A stretch of 54,984 nt of DNA from Patescibacteria group bacterium (lineage in GTDB: Bacteria; Patescibacteriota; Minisyncoccia; Ryanbacterales; GWA2-47-10b), in the NCBI GenBank assembly GCA_038065475.1, contig JBBTQY010000009.1, positions 1 to 54,984 of the forward strand, written 5' to 3'. The position numbers were made by a program, and so were the translations under genes. Below the pieces are notes generated by a model. It was not told the origin of the DNA. It saw only the letters and a list, made by a program, of their open reading frames with translations, and did no database searches. Shown in pieces: positions 46,175 to 54,984 of this stretch; within the stretch, counting starts at the first letter, position 1; each line of letters opens with the position of its first letter.

Positions 46175-46505
46175 AGCGTGCGGGCCCGTCTTCTATAATC
46201 CGAATAAGACCGGCGCGTATATGCCCGCTCGGAGTGGATTCGCCCACGATCATGACGCGGTCACCCACCTGCAGACCGTCATCTTGCTCTTGCCTACCTC
46301 GGCGTACAACGGTTTCTTGGCCAACATCTATAGTGCGCTCACCTACTTTTATATCAGAGACAACAAAACCGCCCTCGGTCATGCGGAGAACCTCACCGAA
46401 ATATTGACTACCCTGCCAACGCAGATAGTTGTGTACCCCCATCAACAGCAAAATGAGCGCACCGAGCATAATCAATATATATCGAGTGCGTAAATATTTT
46501 TTCAT
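46164..46505 (-). CDS. Hypothetical protein with N-terminal TM anchor
   Basis: 113 aa. It overlaps both neighbours by 4-11 nt. Confidence 0.4.
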   Translation of the reverse strand: MKKYLRTRYILIMLGALILLLMGVHNYLRWQGSQYFGEVLRMTEGGFVVSDIKVGERTIDVGQETVVRRGRQEQDDGLQVGDRVMIVGESTPSGHIRAGLIRIIEDGPARFEK

Positions 46506-47617
46506 ACCATCTGTTTTTTTATTATTTTTATACTGCCCCTATCTGCATCGACCTCGATAACATCACCATCTTTTAAAACTTGCGTAGCATTTCCTGCACC
46601 AACAATGCATGGCTTTTTGAGTTCGCGCGCAATGATTGATGCATGACTCAAAATACCACCTCGATTGGTCACGATGGCACCTGCTTTTTTCATTATGGGG
46701 ATAAATCGCACATCAGTATTGTCGGCTACCAAAATATTATTTTCATCAAAAATAACCGATGAAATATTTTCTGGATCTATAATGCGCGCGATGCCCTCTA
46801 CCCTACCAGGAAAAGCTGGCATACCTACAACGTCACCCGTTTTTTCTTTAAATGAGCCTGGGGTTGTAATGTATTTTGCAAGCAAACGATTGTAATCAAT
46901 GATATAAGTGATATCGCCCGGCCAAACAGTGGTTTCAAAATAACCGCAAAGATAATCATGGGAAAATTTCGCATCGAGCGATGTTATGAGCTCCGTCTGC
47001 TTATTTTTGTCAGGTACATAAATAAGCTCGAGCATTTTTATTATTTCACGTTCGGCCTCTAAATCTCGCTCATTCCATTCAAAATTGTGAAAATCAAAAC
47101 GAAATCGAAATACTTTTGACTGCGTATTGCCGTGTGTTAATTGGACAGCCAACCCTCTAACTATTTCTCCAAAAATCACATCCTCTTTGACAACAAAGAT
47201 AGCAGACCATAAAAGTTCATCAGTGTGCGGGCAGACAAATGCACGATACTCATCAGGGTTGATATCTTGCTTTAAAAACCAATTTGTATAGCATTCGCGA
47301 AGAGTAAGGCCGCGATTGCGAATTTTGGGAAGATCGTCTCGCCGGGGCACCAGGCGTATTGCGCAAGGCTCGTCCCCCCTTTCTTCAAGGAGTTTTGTAA
47401 ACCGTGGAGATTTCTCAACCAATTCCCTTGCAGGAAATTCTTCCGGCCGTTCGTATGCCAAACCAATGGCCTGATACAATGCTTCGAGCCGCTCAACCTT
47501 GTAGTTATCTTCTTTGCGAAATGCCTCGGATTCTTTCTCTTCTCCAATCTGGGCAAACCATTCAGTCATCGAAGGCTGAAATTCATTAACTACAGGTTTA
47601 TTTTTATTATCACTCAT
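46502..47617 (-). CDS. PEP-utilizer (phospho-histidine swivel) domain protein, paralogue C; unique ~270-aa N-terminal region
   Basis: C-terminal MKKAGAIVTNRGGILSHASIIARELKKPCIVGAGNATQVLKDGDVIEVDADRG matches the PEP-utilizers mobile domain, including the catalytic His. Confidence 0.75.
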   Translation of the reverse strand: MSDNKNKPVVNEFQPSMTEWFAQIGEEKESEAFRKEDNYKVERLEALYQAIGLAYERPEEFPARELVEKSPRFTKLLEERGDEPCAIRLVPRRDDLPKIRNRGLTLRECYTNWFLKQDINPDEYRAFVCPHTDELLWSAIFVVKEDVIFGEIVRGLAVQLTHGNTQSKVFRFRFDFHNFEWNERDLEAEREIIKMLELIYVPDKNKQTELITSLDAKFSHDYLCGYFETTVWPGDITYIIDYNRLLAKYITTPGSFKEKTGDVVGMPAFPGRVEGIARIIDPENISSVIFDENNILVADNTDVRFIPIMKKAGAIVTNRGGILSHASIIARELKKPCIVGAGNATQVLKDGDVIEVDADRGSIKIIKKQMV

Positions 47618-48680
47618 GTTTCTTCAAGATTTTTACAATTCCATTATCTGCATCAACTTCAACCATATCGCCATCCCCAAGAGCTTGGACCGCATTTCCC
47701 AGCCCAACAATACAAGGAATATTCAATTCACGACTTACAATGGCAGCGTGCGATAATAGTCCTCCTTGGTTGGCCAATATTGCACCGGCTTTTTTACAAG
47801 CAGGCATAAGTTCTGGAGAGGTGGTTTCTGCAACCAAAACGTCTCCGTCTTCCATTTCGGCAAATAATTTTGTTAACATAGAAAAATCAGAATAATATGA
47901 TGGGGGGAATACTTTGACTTTACCAGTTACAATACCTTTATTAGCGATAGTACCTTTTATCTCTTTTGCTTCAGTAATAGTAAGAAAATTAACAAAATTT
48001 TTTCTCAATTCCTTGCCTTCTCCATAAGTAATGGCTTCTCCATCACCCTGCATAAAGAAAAATTCTTTTCTTTTTACAATAGATTTTGGTTGAACTTTCT
48101 TATCAAGAAATAAATCTGCAATCTCGTTGAGCGAATAAAAATTCAAGTCTGTAAGTGGAGTATTAAATTTTTCAGAAATCGTATTTAGGAATCTGCTTAA
48201 ATAATTCCTATCTTCAAATATAAGAGAGTTAAGCACAAGTCTCCCATCATTTTTTATCTGTTCAAAAGTTTTGAGATTTTTATTAATAACATCGTTTGGT
48301 TTTACTGTTGCGATTCCGTCTGTATAGAAAAACTCTGTTTTTGAATAAAATTTCCATAGATCCGCCACAGTACAAAGAAATCGTTTTGCGTTCTCCTCTG
48401 TAAGATTGCTGCCGAGTATTTCTTCAAAAGTTGCCTTTGATTCCATGATATAAATTCTGAAATCGCCCTCGAAACGATTAAAATTCTCTTCACTACTAAA
48501 CATAGCGACTCCATCTTTCATTGTGTTTTGGACCACTTCCTTTGGTATGTAACTTGTCCAAAGTCCATTGTCACAAATTAAAAGACATCGAAGAGTCTTA
48601 TAGTGTTGAGCAAAAAGATCAGACGCCAGATATCTTAATTCGATCTGAAATAGTTTTTGGTAGTCTTTTGGATCACCCAT
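47610..48680 (-). CDS. PEP-utilizer swivel domain protein, paralogue B; unique ~255-aa N-terminal region, very AT-rich
   Basis: C-terminal CKKAGAILANQGGLLSHAAIVSRELNIPCIVGLGNAVQALGDGDMVEVDADNG. Confidence 0.75.
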   Translation of the reverse strand: MGDPKDYQKLFQIELRYLASDLFAQHYKTLRCLLICDNGLWTSYIPKEVVQNTMKDGVAMFSSEENFNRFEGDFRIYIMESKATFEEILGSNLTEENAKRFLCTVADLWKFYSKTEFFYTDGIATVKPNDVINKNLKTFEQIKNDGRLVLNSLIFEDRNYLSRFLNTISEKFNTPLTDLNFYSLNEIADLFLDKKVQPKSIVKRKEFFFMQGDGEAITYGEGKELRKNFVNFLTITEAKEIKGTIANKGIVTGKVKVFPPSYYSDFSMLTKLFAEMEDGDVLVAETTSPELMPACKKAGAILANQGGLLSHAAIVSRELNIPCIVGLGNAVQALGDGDMVEVDADNGIVKILKKHE

Positions 48681-48682
48681 TT

Positions 48683-50083
48683 TTATATTTTTCTAACGAT
48701 TCCATTATCAGCATCAACTTCAACAAGATCACCGTCTTTCAAAACTTGAGTTGCAATTTTTGTACCGATAATACAGGGTATATTCAATTCACGAGATACT
48801 ATGGCTGCATGACATGTAATACCGCCCTCATTGGTCACGACGGCTCCAGCTCTTTTCATTAAAGGGACAAATTCAGGCCTTGTCATACTTGTGACCAGTA
48901 CATCTCCCTGTCGGAATCCCCTATCATCGCGGGGATCAAACACCACGCGCACAATACCTTGGACATTTCCCCGGCATGCAATCTGGCCTTTTAACTCATC
49001 GTTTTTTAGAACAGTATGACCGAGCATCTCTTCAAACTGCGACACCGCTGATGCAAAGTCACAATTTTCAGTTTCATATGATAAATCGGGATTCGCCATA
49101 TAAATACAGCCGTCCGCACGTCTTTCGATATTTTCTTTGTTCACTAAAAGATAGTCAATGCCGCGCATATATTCGTAAAGTAAAACGTACGGAGCACTTT
49201 TTATATCCACTCGAGCCCGGCCGAGCATTGCTATTGAAACTTCAGCACACATAGCCTGGATTTGAGCGATTGGATCTTTTCTCTCGTCTCTCATAAGCAT
49301 TACAAGTTGAGCATACTCGGCAATCTTTCTTGCTGTGGAATCCAGCGTCGAAAGCCATTGGATATACTCCGTCTCTTTACTCTTTATAGTTAGCAGGATT
49401 TGTTCATATTCTCTTTGTCTTTCATCAAAATGTTCTTTGATAGCTTCGATTTCAGAGATAATTTCACTTTCTTTTTTTGTCCAAAAATAGTCAGTAAATA
49501 TAAATTTTGCCTGCCGGACAACATCGCCCTTACCAGAAGATATCAAATCAAGTAGTTTTTTTAATCGACGACCCTCAAACGAGATAAAGAAGGCCTCGGT
49601 TGCACGCTCCCATACGAAATCAAGCTCAACTTTATGTGCAAGGCCAATAACACTCAGTATTTTTTCATAATCAACATTTTCAATATAAATAGTCTTCCTC
49701 ACAAGTTCTACAAAAAGAGCATTGATGTTGTATGTATAGCTTTGAAGCTCTTTATCAGAAAGTTTGCTAAGATCCGTATTCATCATTCTCTCATAGAGTT
49801 CCCGAGAGTGAGCCTCGAATACATCGTACTCATTTTTGAGATCTTGAATTGATACTGCCCCATTAAAATAATCTTGGAATCTATCTGTAGCAATGGCAAT
49901 ATATTCTTTTTCATTGACCGCCATATATGTATCGCGGCCCTTCGTAATACAGAAAATATGTAGCGGGTGAGAAGTGTCATTCCACGTTACAACAAGAAAA
50001 AGTGGGGAAATAGCAGCGCGCACCGAGAAAACAGAGTCTTTCCCAACAACTTTTTTAAACTCTTCGATTAGTTTATAAGTCAT
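48683..50083 (-). CDS. PEP-utilizer swivel domain protein, paralogue A; unique ~365-aa N-terminal region
   Basis: C-terminal MKRAGAVVTNEGGITCHAAIVSRELNIPCIIGTKIATQVLKDGDLVEVDADNG. Confidence 0.75.
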   Translation of the reverse strand: MTYKLIEEFKKVVGKDSVFSVRAAISPLFLVVTWNDTSHPLHIFCITKGRDTYMAVNEKEYIAIATDRFQDYFNGAVSIQDLKNEYDVFEAHSRELYERMMNTDLSKLSDKELQSYTYNINALFVELVRKTIYIENVDYEKILSVIGLAHKVELDFVWERATEAFFISFEGRRLKKLLDLISSGKGDVVRQAKFIFTDYFWTKKESEIISEIEAIKEHFDERQREYEQILLTIKSKETEYIQWLSTLDSTARKIAEYAQLVMLMRDERKDPIAQIQAMCAEVSIAMLGRARVDIKSAPYVLLYEYMRGIDYLLVNKENIERRADGCIYMANPDLSYETENCDFASAVSQFEEMLGHTVLKNDELKGQIACRGNVQGIVRVVFDPRDDRGFRQGDVLVTSMTRPEFVPLMKRAGAVVTNEGGITCHAAIVSRELNIPCIIGTKIATQVLKDGDLVEVDADNGIVRKI

Positions 50084-50085
50084 AC

Positions 50086-51075
50086 TTAGACATTCTCACC
50101 CTTCAGTGTTGTAATTGGCCTCGATTGTACAATATAGAATTTGCCATCGGTATACGCCCATTCAATGTCAACAGGAAAGCCATAATGATTCTCGATCTTC
50201 ATAACGAGTTTTGAGAGTTCTTCTATTTCCTTTTCTGCCAGCACCTGACTCTTGGCTTTCTCTGGCAAAATATCTCGCCATTCGTTACCGCCACCTTCAA
50301 CGCGATAGAGGGCGCGATTTTGTTCGTTAACGTTGATATCAATAATTTTAAAAGGATTCTTTTCTGCCACGTAGCTATCGGGGGTTACTGAGCCCGACAC
50401 GATAGCCTCACCAAGACCGAAGCCCGCTTCAACAATAAGCTGGTTTCTATCTTGGGTAACGGGATGCACGGAAAAAGCAATGCCGGAGATTTCACTTTCA
50501 ACCATTTTTTGAACAACCACTGCCACAGAAATCTTTTGCTTGTGCAGATCTTTTTCAAAGCGATAAAAAATAGCGCGGGGTGTAAAAAGCGACGCCCAAC
50601 ACTTTTGCACGTTTTGCAAAAGAGTTTCCTGGGTCGTATTTAAATAACTTTCAAGTTGCCCTGCCCAAGCAGCAGATGAACCATCTTCAGCAGTAGCACT
50701 TGAGCGCACGGCTACATACTCTGTGCCGAGTTCTACAAAATGCTTTTGTATATCTTCGGCAATATCTTTTGGCATTTCTGCTCGCAAAATCAGTGCTTGA
50801 ATTTTTGCTGATGCTGCTTCTATCGTATGAATCTCTTTATAATTAACGGCATCGAGAGCTGCTGCAATCTCTATATTGAGATCGGTCTTTTTGAGAAAAA
50901 TATCAAATGTTTCTGATAACACGACGAAACCCGGTGGGATCGGAATACCTGCCCGCGTCATCTCACCAAGTGAGGCTCCCTTGCCTCCAGCGATATCTAC
51001 ATCGGACTTTGAAAGCTCTGAGAACGTCTTGATATACATTTTTATATTGTTAAGCGAGCAATACGCCGCCGTCAA
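50086..51075 (-). CDS. PPDK_N-type nucleotide-binding (ATP-grasp) kinase module, PEP synthase/rifampin phosphotransferase N-domain-like. The likely start is MYIKTFSEL near 51039
   Basis: DIAGGKGASLGEMTRAGIPIPPGFVV...VAVRSSATAEDGSSAAWAGQ...VVVQKMVESEISGIAFSVHPVT...GLGEAIVSGSVTPD...DIEWAYTDGKFYIVQSRPIT is the hallmark of the PPDK_N ATP-binding domain. Confidence 0.8.
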   Translation of the reverse strand: MTAAYCSLNNIKMYIKTFSELSKSDVDIAGGKGASLGEMTRAGIPIPPGFVVLSETFDIFLKKTDLNIEIAAALDAVNYKEIHTIEAASAKIQALILRAEMPKDIAEDIQKHFVELGTEYVAVRSSATAEDGSSAAWAGQLESYLNTTQETLLQNVQKCWASLFTPRAIFYRFEKDLHKQKISVAVVVQKMVESEISGIAFSVHPVTQDRNQLIVEAGFGLGEAIVSGSVTPDSYVAEKNPFKIIDINVNEQNRALYRVEGGGNEWRDILPEKAKSQVLAEKEIEELSKLVMKIENHYGFPVDIEWAYTDGKFYIVQSRPITTLKGENV

Positions 51076-51940
51076 CGATGACTTGCGAACCGGTCATGTA
51101 GCTCGAAAGGTCAGATGCCAAAAAGAGGGCCACTTTGCCAATCTCATCAGATTCGCCCATGCGATGCATGGGTATTTTTGCAAGAAAAAGTTTTTTAATA
51201 TTTTCTAATTCTTTGCTCACGGGCTTACCAACTCCCGTGCCTGGTGTGGCAATGCCACCAGGGGCGATAGCATTGACCCATATCTTGTGAGGCGCGAGCT
51301 CAAGTGCCGTGTTTTTCGTAAAACCCCAAAGGCCATGTTTTGACGCATCATAGGCCGCAAGACCAACTGCCGACGGATGCAATGCATCAATAGAAGTGAT
51401 ATTGATGATCTTACCGCCTCGGCCCTGCCTGATCATTTGATCAGCTGCCATTTTTGTGCAAAGAAAAGCACTTTTGACATTAGTGGAAAGAATACGATCA
51501 AAATCTTTTGCCTGCATTTGCATAACGGGAATAGTAGGATAGATGCCCGCGTTGTTAATCAAGATGTCGATACCACCAAAAGTACTAACGGCGGTTTGCA
51601 TCATGCGCGCCGCTTGATCTTCGATAGATACATCTGCATCAATCGCGAGTGCCTTCCATCCATTTGCCGTGAGCGTGGCAGCCGCCTTCTCGGCCGCGGC
51701 TTTATCAAGATCAGCGATCACCACCGACGCGCCTGCTTCGGCAAGCCGATAGGCAATACCAAACCCAATACCCATGGCTCCGCCCGTGACAATAGCAACC
51801 TTTGAAGAGAGGTCAATGATTTGTTTGAGAGGTGTAGGTTCCATATATCTATAGTATACCACCGCCCTAACAACTATCACCTGCCACGTACCCTGTGGTC
51901 CAGCAAAGCTGAAGACTATATCCGCCTGATGGCCGATCAA
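51050..51940 (-). CDS. SDR-family short-chain dehydrogenase/reductase. The likely start is MEPTPLKQ at about 51844
   Basis: TGGAMGIGFG Rossmann motif, NNAG, and catalytic S...YDASKHGL (YxxxK). Confidence 0.85.
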   Translation of the reverse strand: MIGHQADIVFSFAGPQGTWQVIVVRAVVYYRYMEPTPLKQIIDLSSKVAIVTGGAMGIGFGIAYRLAEAGASVVIADLDKAAAEKAAATLTANGWKALAIDADVSIEDQAARMMQTAVSTFGGIDILINNAGIYPTIPVMQMQAKDFDRILSTNVKSAFLCTKMAADQMIRQGRGGKIINITSIDALHPSAVGLAAYDASKHGLWGFTKNTALELAPHKIWVNAIAPGGIATPGTGVGKPVSKELENIKKLFLAKIPMHRMGESDEIGKVALFLASDLSSYMTGSQVIVDGGVLLA

Positions 51941-53105
51941 TATTGAGCATATCGCCTACTACAAAAAGTTGCGGTACTGCACGCGATTGCATTGTTTTAA
52001 AATTAACCTCGTCTAATTTTACGCCACCCGATGACACGATAGCCTTATCTTTACCCAAAAGTCCTGCGACATGGAGTGGGATTGCCTTGAGGAGAAGTGC
52101 GAACGTTTTGCGCTCTACCGACCGCACACTATGGCTCGGTGTCTCACCATCAACACCAGCGAGTGAAAGGATGGGCAAAACAAGTGCTGGCGAAAGAAGC
52201 GGCGAAAGAACATTTTTTATTTTTTTGTTACTCTCGGCGACAAGAATGGCTTGGAGTTTTTCTCGCAATGCGCCAGCATCAAGCGTTGGAAACAAATCAA
52301 GCGCGATCATCACCTCTTCTTCATCACGCAAGAGCTCGCCTACGTCTCTACTCATATTGAGTACTGCGGGCCCACTAATACCGACGTGCGTAAAGAGCAT
52401 TTTGCCTTTGTATGCTTTTTGTTTTTTGCCATTTTGAAAAGTGGTGAGTTTGATATCACCGAGCGCTACGCCCGCGCATTTTTTAACCCACACATCCTTG
52501 AGTGCGATGGGTACAAGCGCCATATCATTTGCAATAACCGTATGGCCAAGCTTTTTGAGCCACACAAAACCATCGCCCGTCGAACCCGTCTCGGGGCGCG
52601 AAGTACCGCCTGAGGCAACCACACATGCACGCGTATGTATCTCGGATTTGTCAGCAAGCGCAACTATAATCTCGCCCGTAGATTTATCAAGACCAATGCT
52701 CGCTACTTTTGCTTTGGTCCGCACATGAACACCACCCTCTTTCATATACTTAACCAATACATCAAATACTGACTGCGCTTTGTTTGATGCAGGAAATACG
52801 CGACCTTCAGCCTCTTCGTGGGTTGGCATGCCGCGCGTATGAAAAAAATCGATCGTTTCTGCAACACCGAATTGAGTAAATGCGGAGAATAAAAACTTGT
52901 CACTCTTTTTATATTTGGCGAGCATGGTGCGCACCTCGAGTTTGTTGTTGGTCACGTTGCAGCGGCCGCCACCGGTGATCAGCAGCTTTTTGCCAAGCGT
53001 TGGATTTTTCTCAAGCAGCAAAACGTTCCGCCCGCGTGCAGCGGCGCGCCCAGCGGCAATCATGCCGGCAGGGCCACCGCCGATGATTACAACATCCCAT
53101 ATCAT
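51867..53105 (-). CDS. HI0933/YhiN-family FAD-dependent flavoprotein (aminoacetone-oxidase-like)
   Basis: VVIIGGGPAGMIAA dinucleotide-binding motif, GGGRCNVTN, and a C-terminal region typical of the HI0933 family. Confidence 0.8.
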   Translation of the reverse strand: MIWDVVIIGGGPAGMIAAGRAAARGRNVLLLEKNPTLGKKLLITGGGRCNVTNNKLEVRTMLAKYKKSDKFLFSAFTQFGVAETIDFFHTRGMPTHEEAEGRVFPASNKAQSVFDVLVKYMKEGGVHVRTKAKVASIGLDKSTGEIIVALADKSEIHTRACVVASGGTSRPETGSTGDGFVWLKKLGHTVIANDMALVPIALKDVWVKKCAGVALGDIKLTTFQNGKKQKAYKGKMLFTHVGISGPAVLNMSRDVGELLRDEEEVMIALDLFPTLDAGALREKLQAILVAESNKKIKNVLSPLLSPALVLPILSLAGVDGETPSHSVRSVERKTFALLLKAIPLHVAGLLGKDKAIVSSGGVKLDEVNFKTMQSRAVPQLFVVGDMLNIDRPSGGYSLQLCWTTGYVAGDSC

Positions 53106-53114
53106 ATTTTATTT

Positions 53115-54428
53115 TTACGTTATTTTTTTGAGATTGAGAGAAAGACCTTTAGTTCTTTCTGAGAGGTCTCCGTATCCTCTTTCGATGTTTTCGATCTTTC
53201 CAAGCTTGGTTGTGCCCTGAGCAATAGCTGCGGCAATAACATACGCGAGTCCCGCGCGCAGATCTGGTACATCGAGGCGGTCAACACTGTGTAGCGGCGT
53301 TGGCCCATTGATAATGGCGCTTATTTCAAACCCCATGTTTGCAAATCTACTTGGTTTACCAAGATCATAGGTCGTGAGCTCCGCCTTCAGGCCAAGTACA
53401 GCGAGCTCTTTGAGATATCCAAAACGTTTTTCGTACACGGTCTCATGAATGACTGACATGCCTTCAGCTTGACTCAAGAGAATAGCAAACGGCTGCTGCC
53501 AATCAGTTGAAAACCCCGGATAGACATCAGTTTCTATCATAGTAGCGCGCAGCTTTTTCTCTCTCCTGAAAAATCGGACAGAATATTGATCGAGCACTTC
53601 AAACCCGCCTCCTACCTTTTGAAAATGCGGAAGAAAATTTGCCAAAGTGTCGGGGCGAAAACCTTTTACCACAATACTGCCATCAGAAGCACACGCCAGA
53701 CACGCCCACGATGCAGCCTCAATACGGTCGCCAAATGCGTGAATTTTGGTAGGATATAATTTTTCAACTCCTTCAATGATTATTTTGCGATCGGGTTCAA
53801 TGAAAATAATGCCGCCCATAGAGCGCAGCATGGTAATCAATTCATGGATTTCGGGCTCGATGGCGGCGCCGGTTATGACGGTCGTACCTTTTGCGAGTAC
53901 TCCCATCATCAAACAAGTTTCGGTAGCGCCAACGCTTGGATAGGGCAAATCAATTTTTGCTCCCGTGATTTTAGATTCGACGGAGGCAAAAAACCCGCGC
54001 TTTTCTTGCCGGATGCTCGCGCCAAAATGTTCTATCGCTGCTGAGTGAAAATCAACCTTGCGCGCACCGATATCACACCCACCAAGCGCCGGCACGGAGG
54101 CCTTACCAAACCGATGTAAGAGAGGGCTTAACAGTAAAATAGGTATTCTATTTCTCCCCGAGTCAGGGGTTTGTACCTCTGAGGTATTGATAGTCTCGGG
54201 ATTGATCTTGAGTACTCCTGTCTTTCGATCGAAATCAACCGATGCTCCGATTGAGGAAACCATCTCAAGGGTGATATCTACATCACCGATTGCCGGCACA
54301 TTGGTGATAGTGGTGGTTCCATCTGCCAACAAAGAAGCCACGATCGCCTTGGTGACAAAGTTTTTTGTTCCATTGCAGGTTATCTCGCCAGATACAGGCG
54401 AGCCTCCGGTAATCTCGTACATACTCAT
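53115..54428 (-). CDS. murA: UDP-N-acetylglucosamine 1-carboxyvinyltransferase MurA
   Basis: Collinear with E. coli MurA: NGTKNFVTKAI (K22 region), LGGCDIGARKVDFH (catalytic Cys loop), and a C-terminal ERGYGDLSERTKGLS region. Confidence 0.9.
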   Translation of the reverse strand: MSMYEITGGSPVSGEITCNGTKNFVTKAIVASLLADGTTTITNVPAIGDVDITLEMVSSIGASVDFDRKTGVLKINPETINTSEVQTPDSGRNRIPILLLSPLLHRFGKASVPALGGCDIGARKVDFHSAAIEHFGASIRQEKRGFFASVESKITGAKIDLPYPSVGATETCLMMGVLAKGTTVITGAAIEPEIHELITMLRSMGGIIFIEPDRKIIIEGVEKLYPTKIHAFGDRIEAASWACLACASDGSIVVKGFRPDTLANFLPHFQKVGGGFEVLDQYSVRFFRREKKLRATMIETDVYPGFSTDWQQPFAILLSQAEGMSVIHETVYEKRFGYLKELAVLGLKAELTTYDLGKPSRFANMGFEISAIINGPTPLHSVDRLDVPDLRAGLAYVIAAAIAQGTTKLGKIENIERGYGDLSERTKGLSLNLKKIT

Positions 54429-54471
54429 ATCTTGCTATGATAGTGCCGAGAAGACCGCTGAGCAAGTTTTC

Positions 54472-54606
54472 TTATTTTTTTGAAATCTTCTGTGAAAGCC
54501 AGATGCCGAGCAAGATTAAGTCGATCAAAATCACAAGCCATGTGACGAGACCAAAAAATCCCATACCGCCCATCATACCTTCGCTTCCATATCCATATCC
54601 CATCAT
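54472..54606 (-). CDS. Possible small Gly-rich TM peptide upstream of murA (MMGYGYGSEGMMGGMGFFGLVTWLVILIDLILLGIWLSQKISKK, or a 34-aa version from the internal GAAGG-preceded ATG). It is absent from the ORF track, which contains no ORF shorter than 60 aa
   Basis: Hand-translated. Looks more protein-like than the overlapping 80-aa track ORF in another frame. No strong SD for the first ATG. Confidence 0.3.
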   Translation of the reverse strand: MMGYGYGSEGMMGGMGFFGLVTWLVILIDLILLGIWLSQKISKK

Positions 54607-54653
54607 ACGTTTTACTAATTAGTATCCGATAATGGACCTTTTGATTATTTATT

Positions 54654-54984
54654 TCATTGTACAACAAAACTAAACATCATGCCGCTCTCAAGATGCTCGG
54701 AGATGTGACAGTGAGCCATCCACTCGCCGGGATTTGAGGGGTCAAGAATGATATCAACCGTTTCTCCAGATCTTACCAAGGTCGTATCCTTCCATACGAG
54801 ATTAGACTGCCCGACCCCGTTGCGAGCAACCACCAAAAATCGCTGACCATGGAAGTGGATTGGGTGCTGCATGGGATGCATAGAGCGTGGGTCGTTGAAA
54901 ATACGAATCTTGACAGGCTTGCCCTTGGCAAACGACCAATCAATATCCATATTTGCCTTGCCCGTATCTTGGTCAACGATTTTC
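54654..54984 (-). CDS. C-terminal cupredoxin domain of a multicopper oxidase (laccase/CueO-like). The gene is 5'-truncated at the window edge
   Basis: HPMHLHG-type motif (HPIHFHG) and HCHISEHLESGMM (the HCH-x3-H-x4-M type 1 and trinuclear copper ligands). Confidence 0.7.
   Translation of the reverse strand, partial: KIVDQDTGKANMDIDWSFAKGKPVKIRIFNDPRSMHPMQHPIHFHGQRFLVVARNGVGQSNLVWKDTTLVRSGETVDIILDPSNPGEWMAHCHISEHLESGMMFSFVVQ

Noticed and set aside
54425-54667. 80-aa minus-strand ORF and 61-aa plus-strand ORF between murA and the multicopper oxidase
   Set aside because: Their sequences look non-proteinaceous. The overlapping Gly-rich TM peptide frame is more plausible and is reported at low confidence instead.
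1-54984. tRNA/rRNA genes, CRISPR arrays, transposases/integrases
   Set aside because: I scanned intergenic gaps for T-psi-C-like GGTTCGAATCC motifs, regularly spaced direct repeats, and DDE/tyrosine-recombinase-like ORFs and found none. All sizeable gaps are explained by promoters, terminators or small ORFs. A proper tRNAscan/Infernal run would still be decisive.

Overview
Roughly 55 kb of bacterial chromosome, coded mostly on the minus strand, with a backbone GC of about 45-50% judged by eye. The organism looks like a small-genome, possibly uncultivated lineage (CPR/Patescibacteria-like), but taxonomy cannot be fixed from sequence alone.

Recognisable housekeeping and stress genes include typA/bipA, a DEAD-box helicase with an RGG tail, murA, an ABC-F ATPase, an RsuA/RluB-type pseudouridine synthase, a cold-shock protein, a Pif1-like helicase, an ECF sigma factor upstream of a MacA/MacB-type efflux operon, a PadR-PspC pair, several VOC/PhnB/DUF1428 stress proteins, a peroxiredoxin, a cupredoxin, a pirin, and the C-terminal end of a multicopper oxidase.

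Three compositionally anomalous segments stand out.
- (i) A ~3.2 kb strongly GC-rich island at ~18.6-21.8 kb. It carries a flotillin-like SPFH membrane protein, a second SPFH membrane protein and a coiled-coil protein, with its own terminator.
- (ii) An AT-rich ~4.4 kb restriction-modification island at ~27.6-31.9 kb. It has two Dam-class m6A methyltransferases, a 515-aa candidate endonuclease and a zinc-ribbon protein.
- (iii) A four-gene operon at 46.5-51.1 kb. One PPDK_N-type ATP-grasp kinase module is followed by three divergent paralogues, each ending in a phospho-histidine PEP-utilizer swivel domain. This is a split, rifampin-phosphotransferase-like phosphotransferase with three alternative substrate modules.

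Several small genes below the ORF-track cutoff have good expression signals: a 49-aa membrane peptide with a textbook sigma70 promoter and terminator, and a 57-aa Cys-rich peptide. A glycine-rich TM peptide upstream of murA has only weak signals. No tRNA, rRNA, CRISPR array or transposase was found by eye.
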